Of a stretch of 64,000 nucleotides of DNA, positions 62,601-64,000 are shown piece after piece. Origin of the DNA: Leidyana gryllorum EB-2025a (lineage: Eukaryota > Protista > Apicomplexa); the NCBI GenBank assembly GCA_048772705.1, contig JBLWGC010000180.1, forward strand, positions 92,709-156,708, given 5' to 3'. The notes beneath the pieces were generated by a model, which made no database searches, had not been told where the DNA came from, and saw only the letters and a list, made by a program, of their open reading frames with translations. Numbering within the stretch: position 1 is the first letter of the stretch; each line of letters starts with the position of its first letter. A program made the translations under genes and the position numbers.

Positions 62601-63025
62601 TCGTCAGTGGCTATGGCAATTCCCAACTTGGGGAATTCATTGATGCCTATTAGTCCGTCGTATGTGTTCAATTGCAGTGGTGCTATTCTGAAATCCAACT
62701 TGACTTGTCTTCCGAGTCCAGTTAGGATATCTAGCTCCACTCGTCCTCTCGTCGTGGCCTTTCCTATGCCAACTAACGGCTCTGCTTGTCCGTCACCGTC
62801 TCCCAAATCCATTCTATCTGCTGTTTGGGCACTCAGGATGTTGACTTCTGCTCCGGTATCCAGCAGAAACTTCAACGCCTCCTTTTGTCCTTCTCTTATT
62901 GCGTACCACACCACTGTGGCCTGGTTCACTCTCGCAGTTCGCATAATCGTTATCGGTACATGCTGTGTGCCCTGAGTCAGTGCCTCCCGTTCGGGACTTC
63001 GGTGAAGAGGCCTTTCTAAAAATCC
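59641..63025 (-). CDS. pol: Pol polyprotein (PR, RT, RNase H, integrase, chromodomain) with a frame break near 60755
   Basis: LLDTGA; SPWGSP, LDLQSGY, PFGL, YVDD; TDAS/ELHAI/TDH; HHCC, D-D-E, GPY; WLIDWAGF..RTWEP. Confidence 0.93.
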
Positions 63026-63882
63026 TGACTCGGTTCAGTGTCGGATGCTATGATCCTTTCTGCCTCCTTGGCATCTGCTGTTGGCTCCACAGCCATGTGC
63101 ACCGTTCTTCTTCGTACCGATCTTTCGGGTTGCTTGTCTTTGCAGCTGGCTGCTAAATGCCCACTCTTTCCGCACACGAAGCACAAGCCTCGTTTCCTGC
63201 ATAAGTTCTTGTCAATCTTTCTGAATCCTATGAGCACGCGTGTTCCCACATCTCTGTCCAATCGTCTTGTTCTGGCCAGTTCGAGTATAATCTCGATTGC
63301 TTCATCAAAGGTACTGGGTCTTTGTGCCACTACCAGGTTTCTTTCAAGGTTGGGTAGTCCTCTGGTCAGTATCGAAATAACTTGCTTTTCCGTCATGTTG
63401 GCGATGCCGCGCCGTAGGAGCCTGGCCTTCTTAGCGTATTCCTCTATGTTGTTGTTGTTGGTTCGGAGATCCATAAGCTCTTCTAGATCACTCCTCGGCT
63501 CGAGGCCGAATTCCGTCATGAACTGGTCGCAGAACTGTTCCCAACTTGTCTTCCTGGGGTCGTCTTCCTTCGCTGTCTTGTTAAGCCACCTGGCTGCCGT
63601 TTCGCGCAGAGTTCCACATGCAATCCTTGCTCGGTTTTCGTTCGGTATCATGAGTGTGTTGAAGGTTGCTTCTAGGTTGTCAATATGAGCCCTTGCGTCC
63701 GTCAGGCCATCATATGTTTTCACTATCTGCGTAACTAATTTCAGCTGATTCGCCAATCCGTCCATCGTTCGATCAAGACTGCTACTAGTGTAACTACTGG
63801 TACTACAGGTGGCTTCGGTGGGTTCACTGTCAGGTTCATTAGCTGTATTGTTCTTAGATTTCTTCTGAGTTCTTGTAGTCAT
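63016..63882 (-). CDS. gag: Gag with CCHC zinc knuckle; starts inside the 5' LTR
   Basis: LRETAARW, SWEQF..F..EF, CFVCGKSGHLAASC. Confidence 0.92.
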   Translation of the reverse strand: MTTRTQKKSKNNTANEPDSEPTEATCSTSSYTSSSLDRTMDGLANQLKLVTQIVKTYDGLTDARAHIDNLEATFNTLMIPNENRARIACGTLRETAARWLNKTAKEDDPRKTSWEQFCDQFMTEFGLEPRSDLEELMDLRTNNNNIEEYAKKARLLRRGIANMTEKQVISILTRGLPNLERNLVVAQRPSTFDEAIEIILELARTRRLDRDVGTRVLIGFRKIDKNLCRKRGLCFVCGKSGHLAASCKDKQPERSVRRRTVHMAVEPTADAKEAERIIASDTEPSQDF

Positions 63883-64000
63883 TTTCAGTCTAATCTCAAC
63901 TCCAAAAACCACACCACACGCGTGCGTGTCTGTACTCGCCGTGTCTCCGGCCGGCCGGTCCGTGCCGGTCTCGGAGACACAGACTTACCTAGTGTTCGCT
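63789..64000 (-). repeat. 5' LTR (truncated by the window end)
   Basis: Identical to the left LTR over all 212 visible nt. Confidence 0.95.

Larger units (their letters stand above)
59407..64000 (-). mobile_element. Ty3/Gypsy chromovirus LTR retrotransposon, nearly complete (5' LTR lacks only 3 nt at the window edge)
   Basis: gag-PR-RT-RH-IN-chromo domain order, TG..CA LTRs, PPT. Confidence 0.96.

Overview
Eukaryotic (probably alveolate, gregarine/apicomplexan-like; inference from gene content, ~40-50 nt GT-AG introns and the EF1B insert) genomic DNA in two sharply separated compartments. 1-47 kb is extremely gene-dense, with about 24 protein genes often separated by 0-40 nt or overlapping. 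They include a Na+/H+ exchanger, a chromo-PHD-SET (ATXR5/6/TXR1-like) protein, two paralogous Cys-rich GPI-type surface proteins, syntaxin-6-like, PRP16, a Sec7 ARF-GEF, EF1B, HCF101, PRCC, 14-3-3, RPC3, RBMX2, DPH7, HVA22/REEP, SNRNP27, a bacterial-type thiM with an in-frame TAG, and an RCC1-repeat protein. 47-64 kb has no host genes and is a nested stack of mobile DNA. It holds at least six copies (three complete) of a ~3.2 kb non-coding element (TGTGCAGG...AAACTAGT) with terminal hairpins and an internal 11-bp satellite, inserting at T^C without target duplication (Helitron2-like, non-autonomous), repeatedly into itself and into an LTR-like fragment. It also holds a young Ty3/Gypsy chromovirus with identical LTRs and a candidate -1 frameshift signal. 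Exon boundaries were read by eye and are approximate.
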